Below are positions 34,844-49,511 of a stretch of DNA of 64,000 nt, one piece after another. The DNA is from Tubiluchus corallicola. Taxonomy: Eukaryota > Animalia > Priapulida. The stretch covers positions 2,435 through 66,434 of the forward strand of contig JAQGDQ010000756.1 in NCBI GenBank assembly GCA_030141605.1, in the 5' to 3' direction. Every line of letters begins with the position of its first letter. Within the stretch, counting starts at the first letter, position 1. A program made the translations under genes and the position numbers. The notes under the pieces were generated by a model that saw only the letters and a list, made by a program, of their open reading frames with translations, did not search any database and was not told where the DNA came from.

Positions 34844-35408
34844 ACACGCACGCACGCACTCACACACACACACACGCGCGCGCGCGCACACACACACACG
34901 TTCACGCATGCACCCACCCTCACACACACACGCACACCCGCACCCACACACCCACACACACACCCACGCACGCACACACACACGCGTGCGCACACGCGCA
35001 CACACACACGTTCACGCACGCACCCACCCACCCACACACACACACGCACCCACACACACACCCACGCACGCACACACACACACGTTCACACACGCACGCA
35101 TGCACGCGCGCACACACACACACACGTTCATACACGCACGCACACACACACACACACGCACACACACGCACACACGTTCACACACGCACGCACCCACCCA
35201 CACACACACAAGCACACGTGCACGCACGCACGCACACACACACACGTTCACACACGCACGCACACGCACATGCACACACACGCACACACGTTCACACACA
35301 CACGCACCCACCCACACACACACACACACACAGCACACATGCACGCACGCACGCACACACACACACACGTTCACACACGCACGCACACGCACACACACAC
35401 ACACACAC
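34844..35408. repeat. (CA)n/(CACG)n compound microsatellite
   Basis: Direct inspection. Confidence 0.95.
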
Positions 35409-36525
35409 AACTCGTTATTCTGTACTTTTGATTCATGTGATTATACTTCTATTCACTTTATTTCTTTAATTCACTTTAATTTACTATTTCAATTGATTCG
35501 GTTACGTCACACAGCAAACGACGAAATATTATGTAAATGAATTAGGAGTGTTCGCAGCATCGTTTCTGCTTTTATTTCTTGGAAAAATGAGAGGCACTCT
35601 TAATAATTTGTTTAAAAATTCATCACACACGTTTATTACTCTACGATGAATCCTACTGAGTGTTTCAACAGCATGAAATAATGTTTGATTTGCACCGTTT
35701 ACTGTAAATATAACACGAGTACGTTTTGCACAGTTTGTGTTGCGTTCATTTATAATTCGTGAGTAAATCAATGTTTCGGGACAGTGGCTAGGGTAAATTG
35801 TCCCGAAAAAGGCAAGTGGGTCCTCCTGGTGGGGTAGAGTTCACTAAAGAAGAAGGTGAATACAGGTCCAACAAGTCCAAGTCTTAATATATATACAAGT
35901 TTATTTATTTCCACTCTGCATCTAACAGTTTTAATAAAAATACAGATAATTTCACTGAAGTAAATATAAATATAAATGCAATATTATCCAGAAATTACAA
36001 AAGAGGTTCTTATGCAGCATATACATGTGCAAATTACATTACAGAGTAATTTTGATGCATACAGTTTGAGCCTAAAAGCATAGCTTGACAGGCCAAACTG
36101 TACGTGGAGATCTTAAAGAAGTGATTAATAATTGAAATAATGATAATATATACATGAGTGTGGGGGGGGGGAGTAGTGAATGAAAGATAAAATGAAGCGA
36201 GAACTAAGAAAAACTGTGATCATGATTATAAAGTGTTCAGTAACCTGTTGAGCATAGTCACGTTTTATTAAGATTACTGTGGAAAAAGAATGCAGGTGAT
36301 TACCATTATCAAACTGTGTTACTCTCAGTGGTTTGTTGGTGATAAGATCACAGGATAGTTCTTCTTGAAGGCCCTGCGTAACGGTGAACAGTGACACAAT
36401 TTCTGACGTAAATTCCACAGATAAGAAGCCTGGTGGAAAAAATTGGATTTATTATCAACGATTTAAAATGCGATTTATCGAAACTCAGTAACCTTTGATT
36501 ACGTAATATCATCGTAGTAAAAGGA

Positions 36526-37206
36526 AGACTGACAGACAGACAGATAAGTAGGTAGGTAGATGGATAGGTAGACAGACAGACAGACAGACAGGTAAATAGA
36601 CAGGAAGTTAAAAGTTAAAAATAGACAGGCAGACAAACAGACAGATAGACAAACAGACAGGAAGTAGACAGACAAATAGACAGACAGACAGATAGACAGG
36701 CAAATAGACAGACAGACAAGTAGACAGACAGACTGACAAGCAGATAGACAGACAGAAGACAAACAGACAGATAGACAGACAAGTAGACAGACAGCCTGGC
36801 AAGCAGATAGACAAACAGACAGACAGACAGACCAACAGGCAGACAGACAAACAGACAGATAGACAGACAAGTAGACAGACAGACTGGCAAGCAGATAGAC
36901 AAACAGACAGACAGGAAGGTGACAGACAAATAGACAGACAGACAGACCAACAGGCAGGCAGACAGACAGGAAGTAGACAGGCAAATAGACAGACAGACAG
37001 ACAGACAGACAGAAAAACAGACAGATAGACAGACAAGTAGCCAGACAAGTAGACAGACAAACTGGCAAGCAGATAGACAAACAGACAGACAGGAAGTAGA
37101 CAGACAAATAGACAGACAGACAAGTAGACAGACCAACAGGCAGGCAGACAGACAGGAAGTAGACAGACAAATAGACAGACAGACTGGCAAGCAGATAGAC
37201 AAACAG
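36526..37206. repeat. (GACA)n-rich compound microsatellite
   Basis: Direct inspection. Confidence 0.95.
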
Positions 37207-37656
37207 TCATACTTTTCACTTTATGCACTATAAAGAGAAAATTGTCTAGAAAGTTCTAAATTTTCTCTAGCTGATATTGAATAAAGTGGAGCGCATCCCA
37301 GCTAGGAGGCGCCAATAAATTTTCAATCATTCCTCTTTTTTGATTGATTCTCGTCTTCCTGTCTGATTGGTTCTGAATGAATATGGAAAGGAAATGGTCT
37401 TCTCATTTCACAATAACCCTCTCGCTCTATTGCTTTCCAAGAAGCCATAAACTAAGAGAGAGAAAGAGAGGCAGTAAAAATTAATCGTTCTCACTTCAGA
37501 CTATAGTGGATCATCATAAATTACGCCAGAAAACTATCATTTTAGAATCAGAGTCGTTTAACGTGGGTCGTTATCCAGTCTCTGGGGGGGGGGGGTCCTG
37601 TTATAAAATCAAGTTTTTCTTGTCCATTAAAAACACATTTTTTACTTTTTTGATTT

Positions 37657-37681
37657 GTGTTGTTGTTGTTGTTGCTGCTGC

Positions 37682-37716
<35 letters not shown>

Positions 37717-37793
37717 TGTTGCTGTTTGTTGCTGTTTTTGATGTATGTTTTTGTTGTTTCTTGTTGTTGTCTCCTGCTGCTGTTGTTGTTGTT

Positions 37794-37824
<31 letters not shown>

Positions 37825-37909
37825 TTGTTGTTGTTTTGTTGCTGTTTGTTGCTGTTTTTGATGTATGTTTTTGTTGTTTCTTGTTGTTGTCTCCTGCTGC
37901 TGCTGCTGC

Positions 37910-37949
<40 letters not shown>

Positions 37950-38030
37950 GCTTTTGATGTTTTTGTTGTTGCTGCTGCTGCTGTTGTTGTTGTTGTTGCT
38001 GGTGTTATTTTTGCCGTTATCCTTGTTGTT
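37657..38030. repeat. (GTT/GCT)n microsatellite containing a duplicated ~120-bp block
   Basis: 'ttttgttgctgtttgttgctgtttttgatgtatgtttttgttgtttcttgttgttgtctcct' occurs twice, 120 bp apart. Confidence 0.9.
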
Positions 38031-38692
38031 TGATTGTATGATTGGTTCACTGATTGATCATTTGCTTGTGTTTCTCTTTTTTCTTTTTTTCTTTTTTCTT
38101 CTTTTCGGTTTTTTCTTTTTTTGTTTTCCATCTTTATTCTTTTCTTTTTTAGAACATCATTGTTGGCTCCTTATTCGGCTGTTGTAATTTGATGTCCTGG
38201 TGACTGACTAGACTGGCTAGACGACGTTTAGTAGGCTAGATGACAGGTTAATAAGTTGGTTTGTTAGCTTGTTTGCCTGCTGGCTTGATTACTTCTAACA
38301 AAATTGACAGTTGAACACAGCGAGACACTCTATCCACGTTTTCACTACCTCCAAGGTACAACATGATAGCCTGACGTCTTTTCATTTCATCTTTTCAAAT
38401 AAGGATCTCCCGTATTGCTCTTACATCTTCTTTTCAAAGCTTGTGATCATTATCTTGGCAACACGCTCTATTCAGCGGAGCCGCTAGCCCTGTTTACATT
38501 TAATTTTCGCTAAAACTTTTTGAGAAACACGGGAAATTGAAGACATGCGTTGTCTGTTTTTTCAGATCGACTATCTCGCCTCGAGGGTTTCCCTGCTGAA
38601 GCCATTTCCTAGTTTAACGGTAAGTTTTCAGACTAGAGTTCTGAATCGATGCTAATAATTTCTTAATTGGATAGAAGGATTAAATCACCAAG

Positions 38693-39075
38693 AATGGATG
38701 GATGGAGGGATGAAAGGGAGAGTTTTTGTTAGTAAAAGTGGATGGATGGATGCAAGGATTGGTGGATGGATGGATGGATGGATGGATGGATGGATGGAGG
38801 GAGGGATGGATGGATGGATGGATGGATGGATGGATCGACGAACAGACAGATCGAGAGAGTGAAGAAAGGAACGGAAAAATGGGAAATAGAGGAATAAATG
38901 GAGGACCGACGAGTGTGTGGAAAGATGGACGGATGAATAAAATGAATGAGCGAACGAGTGGATGGATGGATCGATGGATGCATGGATGAATGGATGGATT
39001 GATGTATGAATGAAGGAATTAAACGAAAGCAGAAAGGAGGAGAAAAAGATGAAAGAAAGAAAGAAAGAAAGAAAG
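38693..39075. repeat. (GATG)n / (GAAA)n simple repeats
   Basis: Direct inspection. Confidence 0.9.
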
Positions 39076-39321
39076 GTATGACAGAAAGACAAACAAACAG
39101 CGAGTGGAGGAAAACAAAGTCCATGTGCACATAGAAATATTATTAAATAAAGAAATAAATTGATAAACGAAATAATTTGAAAATAACTCCAAGCACATTA
39201 AAAGAAATAAGATGGATAACATTTGTTGCAAGAACTAACTAACGTGTCAAAGTTTTTTCATTCAGAAAATATTTTAGAGTAAAATGTGATCATCTCTTCA
39301 TATTCCACATTCATTCAGACC

Positions 39322-39346
39322 GCGCATGCGCAGTGCAGTATAAAAG
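39322..39346 (+). promoter_or_regulatory. NRF1-type palindrome GCGCATGCGC next to a TATAAAAG box
   Basis: Motif match only; no associated gene identified, and it may be part of a TE. Confidence 0.25.
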
Positions 39347-40440
39347 CACCAAAAATCCGAAATTAATCATTGTCCCCTTCGCATCCGTCGCACTGCGCAC
39401 CCCTTCTAGAAATGGTTTCACCCAAAGTGGTCGATATTGAAACAGGATGCGTTTAGATGGAAAACAAAAGAAGTTTAATTTCGTTACAAAAACAGTCTCA
39501 CTAAATCGATCTATTGCAGAGAAAAAAATGGATCTTTTGGTATTGAGTAGACAATATGTGTACCCACTAAAGAGATTTATCGATACCTATGATGTCTTAT
39601 TGCTTGTAAGTATAAGCAATCGTGACGCTGGTTACTAATTAGATAGTTGACCGCTAAAAGAAAAATTGATTTTATGCATTTTCGTCTACAATAGCTTTCT
39701 GCTTTTAATTATCTATCCCAGTATGCACCAGAAAACGTCACTGGCTCACCAACAAGCGTATTATTAATGATATTGATAAGATAAAGTGATTTAAACTGTT
39801 GCTTAGTTAGCAAAGAATGCGCTACGAATGTTACGATTGTTTTTTCAAACTTTACGCAATGTTATCTAAACTTATTTTAAACTACTTACAGTTACATAGT
39901 TAAGAATTTTTTTAAAGTCACACATGTTCTATCACTTTATTTCTTAGAAATTTGCATATGTTTTAATACGCATTGTGCATTGTGGGTTCCGAGTCAAACT
40001 GCCCCACCGAGTCTATGGGTTCAACACTCTGCAAAGGGGACCTTTTATGGAATTTTAAATGCAGAAGCCAAATGACCTGCTGTATTGCAGCATAATAGTT
40101 AATTAATGTAAAAGCAGCTTTAATTAAGACTGACGTGTAGTTTTAATCCCTAACACGCATTAGCCTATCTTTTAATTTGGTCACGTGCTTCGATCACGTG
40201 ACTTGCAGCTGCCGCCGTAGTTAATGGATTCGTCATCAAGGAAAGAGACGAATTTTTAGGAAAAACAGCGAAGAGAGGATTTGTGGAGTTTTTGCAGCTG
40301 AGAATTTATCGAAAGCTCCTGTCTGTCTCACAGATAAATTGGATTAAGCGAAGGTTAGGTAATATTAGTTTCTTCAATTTCCACGTGAGGGCGTGCTTGT
40401 TTTAATAATGTGTTACGTCATTTGTGGAGCTGTGCTTAAA

Positions 40441-40853
<413 letters not shown>

Positions 40854-40935
40854 TAATAGTTTAATTTATTTCCAAAATGACATAAATAATACATTGTCAG
40901 ATAGGTACACAGGCCTACATTGCAAACTCAGCATT

Positions 40936-41422
40936 TGCAACAAGTTGCGAGAGAAGTTGCCAAGTCGTTCACACGTGCAACTTTACTCTCAGAGAGAAGT
41001 TGTGCAACAAGTTGCGAGAGAAGTTGCCAAACCGTTCACACGTGCAACTTTACTCTCTGGCAGAAGTTGCGCAACAAGTTGTGAGAGAAGTTGCCAAGTC
41101 ATTCACACGTGCAACTTTACTCTCAGACAGAAGTTGTGCAACAAGTTGCGAGAGAAGTTGCCAAGTCATTCACACATGCAAACTTTACTCTCAGACAGAA
41201 GTTGTGCAACAAGTTGCGAGAGAAGTTACCAAGCCATTCACACGTGCAACTTTACTCTCAGACAGAAGTTGTGCAACAAGTTGTGAGAGAAGTTGCCAAG
41301 TCATTCACACATGCAACTTTACTCTCAGACAGAAGTTGTGCAACAAGTTGTGAGAGAAGTTGCCAAGCCGTTCACACGTGCAACTTTACTCTCTGACAGA
41401 AGTTGCGCAACAAGTTGTGAGA
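40936..41422. repeat. 67-bp minisatellite, ~7 copies
   Basis: Unit TGCAACAAGTTGCGAGAGAAGTTGCCAAGTCATTCACACGTGCAACTTTACTCTCAGACAGAAGTTG. Confidence 0.9.
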
Positions 41423-42757
41423 AAAATCTCTACGTCTGAACGCGCCATTAGTACATTGAAAATCGACTAGTCCTACATTTTCGTCTGCCTCTTCCAAACC
41501 CATCAGGGGCAAGAATGCAGATCGATAGACCGAAATCAATAACTCTAAGATCGAACCTCCAAGTCTAGCACTCTGTCCGCCTGATTGTCACTCACTCGCA
41601 AAGAACAAATAATGGGCGCATGGTCAAATTAAACGCTAGCTCATAGATATGTGCTTTGGCCACAGATTTCAGCTTTGGTTCAGCTAATTGGATCGTCTGC
41701 ATTAAGCCTTTCTGTTCGCGATTTTTTTCATTCCTTCTTTGTCGAAGATTTGAATGGATTTCGCTCGTGTTTCTCACGCCACTAATCAATGATAAAGCTG
41801 TTCACTTGTTCGTTTCATCAGGCAAAAGTGTTCGGCGAGGGAATATCAATCGATTCGAAGTCTCGAGTTCGTTCTCACACAAACACTCCATGCTTCGCGT
41901 TTGTGTTTTAACAAAATCGACGACTATCTAATTCCGAGGAATTTTTTAAAAAAAACTTTAGTTTCCAGTCGTTTCTGTACAAAATGTCGAGAGAATTTTG
42001 ATGAGGATTGAACATCTACAAATGCTAGGTAAGCATTGCGAAGCATGTGCATGGAAAATACATTAAAATACCTACGTGACATATAGGTAAAGCTAAGCTG
42101 TCTGGCACATCAGTTCAATAGCTACACTTTTTTATGAGATTTACGAGAATTAATAATTTAGTATTAAGGTAAAGCTAAGCCGTCTGGCACATCAGTTCAA
42201 TAACTACAGTTTTTTATGAGACTTACGAGAATTAATAATTTATTATTAATTATATAAGTGGGCAAACGAGTCGCTCGATTTAAATGTGAATTTTCGTTTC
42301 TTTGTTTTGAGCTGTCTTTTTTAACGTTCTTGTACATTTAAGATGTTGACACAATATCAACTGCAGTTGTTTAAGCTTACAACTCAAAGTTCAATACTTT
42401 TATCGAAACCAAGTGAGACATACGCGCGATTATATTCGTATGCTCGGAAGCTATTGTTTCGCGTTCCGAAATTTGCAGTTGTTTACAATGTTACCAGTAG
42501 GCAAAGCAAGCGTAACGACAACTTTGAGCTGTTTGAGATCCACGTGCTTTGCAACCATCATTATGTATAGGGTAGAGTGGGGTAATATGGACCCGGTGGG
42601 GCAATAATTGGATTTTGATCTAGGTCTGTTAACCCATAAGTTTGCAAAATTGTTCAGTAGATTGCCGAGGCTGCCAGCTTAGTATGTATTTCAGTATTTA
42701 TCCACTTAATGTACAAATATTTGTAAAAGAGCAGATTGAAAGGGTCTATATTACCCC

Positions 42758-43106
42758 GTGTGTGTGTGAGCGTGCGTGCGTGTGTGTGTGTGTGTGTGCG
42801 TGTCCATGTGTGTATGTGTGTGTGTGTGCGTGCGTGCGTGTGTGCGTGTACGTGCACGCGCGCGTGTGTGTGTGTGTGCGTGTGTGTGTGCGTGTCCGTG
42901 TGTGTATGTGTGTGTGTGTGTGTGCGTGCGTGCGTGCGTGTGTGCGTGCGTGCGTGCGCGCGTGTGTGTGTGTGCGTGTTCGTATGCGTGGCATGTGTGT
43001 GTGTGTGTGTGTGAGTGTGTGTGCGTGTGTGCGTGTGCGTGTATGTGTGCGTATGCGTGGCATGTGCGTGTGCGTGTATGTGTGCGTATGCGTGGCATGT
43101 GCGTGT
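42758..43106. repeat. (TG)n/(TGCG)n microsatellite
   Basis: Direct inspection. Confidence 0.95.
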
Positions 43107-44190
43107 AAGTTTCTTGTATCATGCCTGCACTTTATATCTTATATGACTTTACGTTTACTTCAAATTACTTGTTCATTTAGTGTTAATGTCTCCAATAGAT
43201 GGCACTCATTGATGGTGCTTTTATTACCTGTAATTACCTGTCTGATTAGCGCTTATAATAATGAAATCTATCTGTTCTCGCACAACGAAACCGTGAAAAG
43301 GCTTAGTTTTCGACTACCATATTAACTTTGTAAAACAGACGATGTTTTCATCATTGATTTTTCCCACAAAACACCAGAAACCAAAATATGAAAGAAGAGC
43401 CATGGCGAAGGGCAATAAATATCGTCGCTTGATTATTGATTTTTCGTAAAAAAGTCTCATCAGTTTGACATGTTTGCCTGCAAGTGGAAAAATACCAGAG
43501 TCATATTTTATGAAAACTGTGTTTTCCTTGCCATCATAATCAGTACTTGGTTTAAAAAGGGATACGTTACTTATACTTCTTTGTTGACAACTAAGGTGAG
43601 CGCTGTTATAATGAATAAGTGCTGCTAATAACTTTGTTATGTATAATATTCAGAACTACGAGCCTGCAATTTGTAATTTATTGTAATTTATTATCACTTC
43701 AACATGTATTTTTACATTACAATTTGCATTATTATCTTTAACTATTATGCCTGATAACTAGAAAATGAAATATAGTTACAATAATTGTAACAGAACTACA
43801 TTAGTATACTATAGAATGATACAGTTAGGGAAAAATTCCAAATATAATTACAAAAATTTAACAGAAGTGTACTAACATAGTTACTAAACTACATAATAGT
43901 TTGTCAACAAGAAATAGATGCTGCATGGTGGTCAAGAAGCAAAGCTTGTAAGGCCACCGTGAAAAGTGAAAAAACGACAATACGATTACACCAGTGATAC
44001 GATTACAAAGTGGGTAAATTTTTTTGAGCTAACAAGTTATTTTTTATAACCTAATAATTAATAATAATAAATATTTATACGTTTTTCTGTTCTGATTGTG
44101 CTAAGCTGTGATAGAAGCAAAAGCTTCTGCTGGTTTATGGTTCTTGTAGTTTCACGACTGTTTTTCGTTTCTATACGGAATTCATATAGA

Positions 44191-44500
44191 ACTAGCAAAG
44201 GCCCTGCAAAAAATTTTGCGTATAAATACACGTATAATCAATAATACGCGAACATCCTACCTAGTGGTTGTTTGTTTACCTAACGCAAAGCCAACAGCAG
44301 CAGCTTTTACTGAATTAAAGTGAAAAGGTTATAGGAAGAGTATAATGGATGACGTCACAACAATGGCTTTGCGTCAGCAGTTTTCTAAGCAAAAAATGCC
44401 AAAAATGGAACATCTAATTAACTCGTCGATACTCCTCTCAGTGGACCTGCCCTATAATATAGCTCACATCATCGTATAGCCCTATTCTTCCTCTTTCTAA
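44191..44500 (-). mobile_element. Helitron-like element, inverted partial copy of 7348-7637
   Basis: actagcaaaggccctgcaaaaaattttgc...gcgaacatcctac is the reverse complement of ~7567-7637. Confidence 0.65.
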
Positions 44501-44807
44501 AGAGCTAAATATCTCCTTCCGAGAGTCCCACACGGAATCCATATAGAATTCTAGCTTAGGCTTAGTTCACATAATACAAGAGTTTTGTGCAAATTAATAT
44601 TTTTATATGCATTACTATGATTACACAAAGAATTGGTACTTATTATTATTAAACAAATAATTATAAATGAAATAACTTATTTTTCTCTGGTGAAATTCGA
44701 ATGCGTGCATTGCCGTAAAGATCGCCATGTTTCAAGTCTTTCACGCGAATGAGCGAGAATGACGTACGAGGTACAGAAAGCGTGTTTAGTTACCGATGTT
44801 TGTTTAT

Positions 44808-45426
44808 CAATCTTTGGTGACTTCGTGACTGTACTCATGACGTCATTCGTTTCTCTTACTGATCTTTGGTGATCTCGTGACTGCACTCATGACGTTATTC
44901 GGCTTTCTTACTGATCTTTGGTGACCTCGTGACTGCACTCATTACGTCATTCGTCTCTCTTACTGATCTTTGGTGACCTCGTGACTGTACTCATGATGTT
45001 ATTCGTCTCCCTTACTGATCTTTGGTGACCTCGTGACTGCACTCATTACGTCATTCGTCTTTCTTACTGATCTTTGGTGACCTCGTGACTGCACTCATTA
45101 CGTCATTCGTCTTTCTTACTGATCTTTGGTGACCTCGTGACTGTACTCATGACGTTATTCGTCTCTCTTACTGATCTTTGGTGACCTCGTGACTGTACTC
45201 ATGACGTCATTCGTCACACTTGCTAATCTTTGGTGACCTCGTGCTGCACTCATTACGTCATTCGTCTCTCTTACTGATCTTTGGTGACCTCGTGACTGTA
45301 CTCATGACGTCATTCGTCTTTCTTACCGATCTTTGGTGACCTCGTGACTGTACTCATGACGTCATTCGTCTCACTTACCAATCTTTGGTGACCTCGTGAC
45401 TGCACTCATTACGTCATTCGTCTCTC
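44808..45426. repeat. 52-bp minisatellite, ~12 copies
   Basis: Unit GATCTTTGGTGACCTCGTGACTGTACTCATGACGTCATTCGTCTCTCTTACT; period 52 (44861 to 44913). Confidence 0.93.
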
Positions 45427-46203
45427 GCAACGAAAAATGGCAGTTCTTCAAATTTCACACCGCAAACAACGAAGTGATAAAAAATAAAAAAACAAGTTTT
45501 ACTGTAAGTTTATAATAAAATAAATTTCATATTCGTAATGAGAGTTGGATTTAAAGTTGTAAGAGTTTATGTTATAGTGAGAGTTAGTATGACTCTGATA
45601 TAAAAACATGAATACAGTAATATATACATATGATACAGTAATATATATATATATATATATATATATACAGTAATTCTTGTTTCCTTTGAAACCAATTACC
45701 CCTAAAGAAAAACTGAGAATTCAGCTGATGTGAAATAAACTTGAATCGACTAGAATTATTAAACTCATTTGCGGTTCTTACTCTAAAGTGTCTCGATTTT
45801 TTTTTACTCTAAATTTTACTCAGAATTACTCAAACTTTCTTGCTTGTGGGAAAAGCAGAAACGTTTATCTCACGACGCCGGGCAGGTAACGATTAATGAC
45901 CGAGTTTGTTTATTGTTTGCTCAGCTGATGTTGGCGTTAAATGGCTTCATGTATTGAACGAAGACCTACTTTCCGCTCGGCTAACTCTGAAGCACTGAAG
46001 CAGCGAGCGTATTTGAGGGTCGCAGAAAATGAGGCAAATCATTTACCATTTAGATGCAATTTGCATGATTTTGGGGATTCATGCTAATGACTGCCTGCTT
46101 AGTTGAGTGACCACGGCTTCTAAGTATGGGCAATTTTATGCTCCGTTTGGCCTAGTTGTCAATGTCATCCAGGCGTGGGCGTGAGGCTTCATAACTAAGG
46201 GTA

Positions 46204-46687
46204 TGTTTGATAAGCTAAATGAAATACTGCTGCCTGAATACGCGTAGCACAGTTGCCTTAGGAACTAATGATCTGTTGAAGTTGTTATTGTTTGGAAAAG
46301 ATGAATTTAACTATGTTGCTAACTGTAAAATATTCCAATGCATACATGACTTTATATTACGTACTAAACGCTTCTAGTAGTTTCTATCTGATATGAAATG
46401 CATCAATCTTAAATATTCGTACATTAATATTTTCTAACCGTCATTTTCTACTAATGTCTAATGTAATCTTGTAGTAAAACTTGTCAGCTTGTGTAGTTAT
46501 TGTCAATTCTTACTGTAAATGTTACTAATGTCTAATATAATCTTGTAGTAAAACTTGTCAGCTTGTGTAGTATAGTCTATTCTTACTGTAAATGTTTTTG
46601 TAAATAGTGTATAAAGTCTGTTGTGGTGAGGATCCTAAATCATGTTGTTCAAACTGTCTGATCCAATTCTATAATAAATTATGTTTA
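46204..46687 (+). mobile_element. 5'-truncated CR1/L2-group LINE (ORF2 C-terminus + 3' UTR)
   Basis: 46261-46377 encodes GTNDLLKLLLFGKDEFNYVANCKIFQCIHDFILRTKRF*, a typical LINE ORF2 end; AATAAA near the 3' end; 11-bp TSD AACTAAGGGTA at 46193-46203 and 46688-46698. Confidence 0.85.
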
Positions 46688-46736
46688 AACTAAGGGTAGT
46701 TTTCTATTCAACGACAGAGAAGACCATGTGAGTAAC

Positions 46737-49232
46737 TAAGTTAGCTCCCACCCACGCAGAATGTGTTGGGGTTTCCAGTGTGAGGAAATGTGGCTAAGTT
46801 AGCTCACACCCACGCAGAATGTGTTGGGGTTTCCAGTGTGGAGAAATGTGGCTGAGTTAGCTCACACCTATGCAGAATGTGTTGGGGTTTCCAGTGTGGA
46901 GAAATGTGGCTGAGTTAGCTCACACCCACGCAGAATGTGTTGGGGTTTCCAGTGTGGGGAAATGTGGCTGAGTTAGCTCACACCCATGCAGAATGTGTTG
47001 GGGTTTCCAGTGTGGGGAAATGTGGCTGAGTTAGCTCACACCCATGCAGAATGTGTTGAGGTTTCCAGTGTGGGGTAATGTGGCTAAGTTAGCTCACACC
47101 CACGCAGAATGTGTTGAGGTTTCCAGTGTGGGGAAATGTGGCTGAGTTATCTCACACCCATGCAGAATGTGTTGGGGTTTCCAGTGAGGGGAAATGTGGC
47201 TGAGTTAGCTCACACCCATGCAGAATGTGTTGGTGTTTCCAGTGAGGGGAAATGTGGCTAAGTTAGCTCACACCCATACAGAATGTGTTGGGGTTTCCAG
47301 TGTGGGGAAATGTGGCTGAGTTAGCTCACACCCATACAGAATGTGTTGGGGTTTCCAGTGTGGGGAAATGTGGCTGAGTTAGCTCACACCCATACAGAAT
47401 GTGTTGGGGTTTCCAGTGTGGGGAAATGTGGCTGAGTTAGCTCACACCCATGCAGAATGTGTTGGTGTTTCCAGTGAGGGGAAATGTGGCTGAGTTAGCT
47501 CACACCTATGCAGAATGTGTTGGGGTTTCCAGTGTGGGGAAATGTGGCTGAGTTAGCTCACACCCATGCAGAATGTGTTGGGGTTTCCAGTGTGGGGAAA
47601 TGTGGCTGAGTTAGCTCACACCCATACAGAATGTGTTGGGGTTTGCAGTGTGGGGAAATGTGGCTGAGTTAGCTCACACCCACGCAGAATGTGTTGGGGT
47701 TTCCAGTGTGGGGAAATGTGGCTGAGTTAGCTCACACCCATGCAGAATGTGCTGGGGTTTCTAGTGTGGGGAAATGTGGCTAAGTTAGCTCACGCCCACG
47801 CAGAATGTGTTGGGGTTTCCAGTGTGGTGAAATGTGGCTGAGTTAGCTCACACCCATGCAGAATGTGTTGGGGTTTCCAGTGTAGGGAAATGTGGCTACG
47901 TTAGCTCACACCCACGCAGAATGTGTTGGGGTTTCCAGTGTGGGGAAATGTGGCTGAGTTAGCTCACACCCACGCAGAATGTGTTGGGGTTTCCAGTGTT
48001 GGGAAATGTGGCTACGTTAGCTCACACCCACGCAGAATGTGTTGGGGTTTCCAGTGTGGGGAAATGTGGCTAAGTTATCTCACACCCACGCAGAATGTGT
48101 TGAGGTTTCCAGTGTTGGGAAATGTGGCTACGTTAGCTCACACCCACGCAGAATGTGTTGGGGTTTCCAGTGTGGGGAAATGTGGCTAAGTTATCTCACA
48201 CCCACGCAGAATGTGTTGAGGTTTCCAGTGTTGGGAAATGTGGCTACGTTAGCTCACACCCACGCAGAATGTGTTGGGGTTTCCAGTGTGGGGAAATGTG
48301 GCTAAGTTATCTCACACCCACGCAGAATGTGTTGAGGTTTCCAGTGTTGGGAAATGTGGCTACGTTAGCTCACACCCACGCAGAATGTGTTGGGGTTTCC
48401 AGTGTGGGGAAATGTGGCTAAGTTATCTCACACCCACGCAGAATGTGTTGAGGTTTCCAGTGTTGGGAAATGTGGCTACGTTAGCTCACACCCACGCAGA
48501 ATGTGTTGGGGTTTCCAGTGTGGGGAAATGTGGCTAAGTTATCTCACACCCACGCAGAATGTGTTGAGGTTTCCAGTGTTGGGAAATGTGGCTACGTTAG
48601 CTCACACCCACGCAGAATGTGTTGGGGTTTCCAGTGTGGGGAAATGTGGCTAAGTTATCTCACACCCACGCAGAATGTGTTGAGGTTTCCAGTGTTGGGA
48701 AATGTGGCTACGTTAGCTCACACCCACGCAGAATGTGTTGGGGTTTCCAGTGTGGGGAAATGTGGCTAAGTTATCTCACACCCACGCAGAATGTGTTGAG
48801 GTTTCCAGTGTTGGGAAATGTGGCTACGTTAGCTCACACCCACGCAGAATGTGTTGGGGTTTCCAGTGTGGGGAAATGTGGCTAAGTTATCTCACACCCA
48901 CGCAGAATGTGTTGGGGTTTCCAGTGTGGGGAAATGTGGCTGAGTTAGCTCACACCCACGCAGAATATGTTGGGGTTTCCAGTGAGGGGAAATGTGGCTG
49001 AGTTAGCTCACCCCCACGCAGAATGTGTTGGGGTTTCCAGTGTGGAGAAATGTGGCTAAGTTAGTTCACACCCACGCAGAATGTGTTGGGGTTTCCAGTG
49101 AGGGGAAATGTTTCCAAGTTAGCTCACACCCATGCAGAATGTGTTGGGGTTTCCAGTGTGGGGAAATGTGGCTAAATTAGCTCACACCCATGCAGAATGT
49201 GTTGGGGTTTCCAGTGTGGGGAAATGTGGCTG
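46737..49232. repeat. 58-bp satellite, ~43 copies, with an internal homogeneous 116-bp dimer block
   Basis: Unit GCTCACACCCACGCAGAATGTGTTGGGGTTTCCAGTGTGGGGAAATGTGGCTGAGTTA; identical ORFs recur every 116 bp from 48039 to 48619. Confidence 0.97.
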
Positions 49233-49511
49233 CTCAATTGATTTTGTTTGCAGCCACGCCGTCATCCAACGAAGCCGTCAAGTGATTAATGATAACAAAA
49301 TTAGATGATAAATCTGAAAATATGTACAAAGGATTAGGGCACAGCCTGCTATAGGATCGATTTGATAGTATCAGTGTTATCAATTTCAAATTCTTTAGTG
49401 GTGGTTTCTGGTATGAAAAAATCGAAAGTGATTACTTACCCATTTACTAAACAATGGTGGTTGTGACAAATTAAAGAACAATGCATTATGCTATACCCAA
49501 CCATGGATGTC

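Noticed and set aside
35890-36440. Possible LINE 3' fragment or exon on the minus strand (also ~600-1010)
   Set aside because: Looks like decayed retroposon ends, but I could not identify a diagnostic peptide or TSD.
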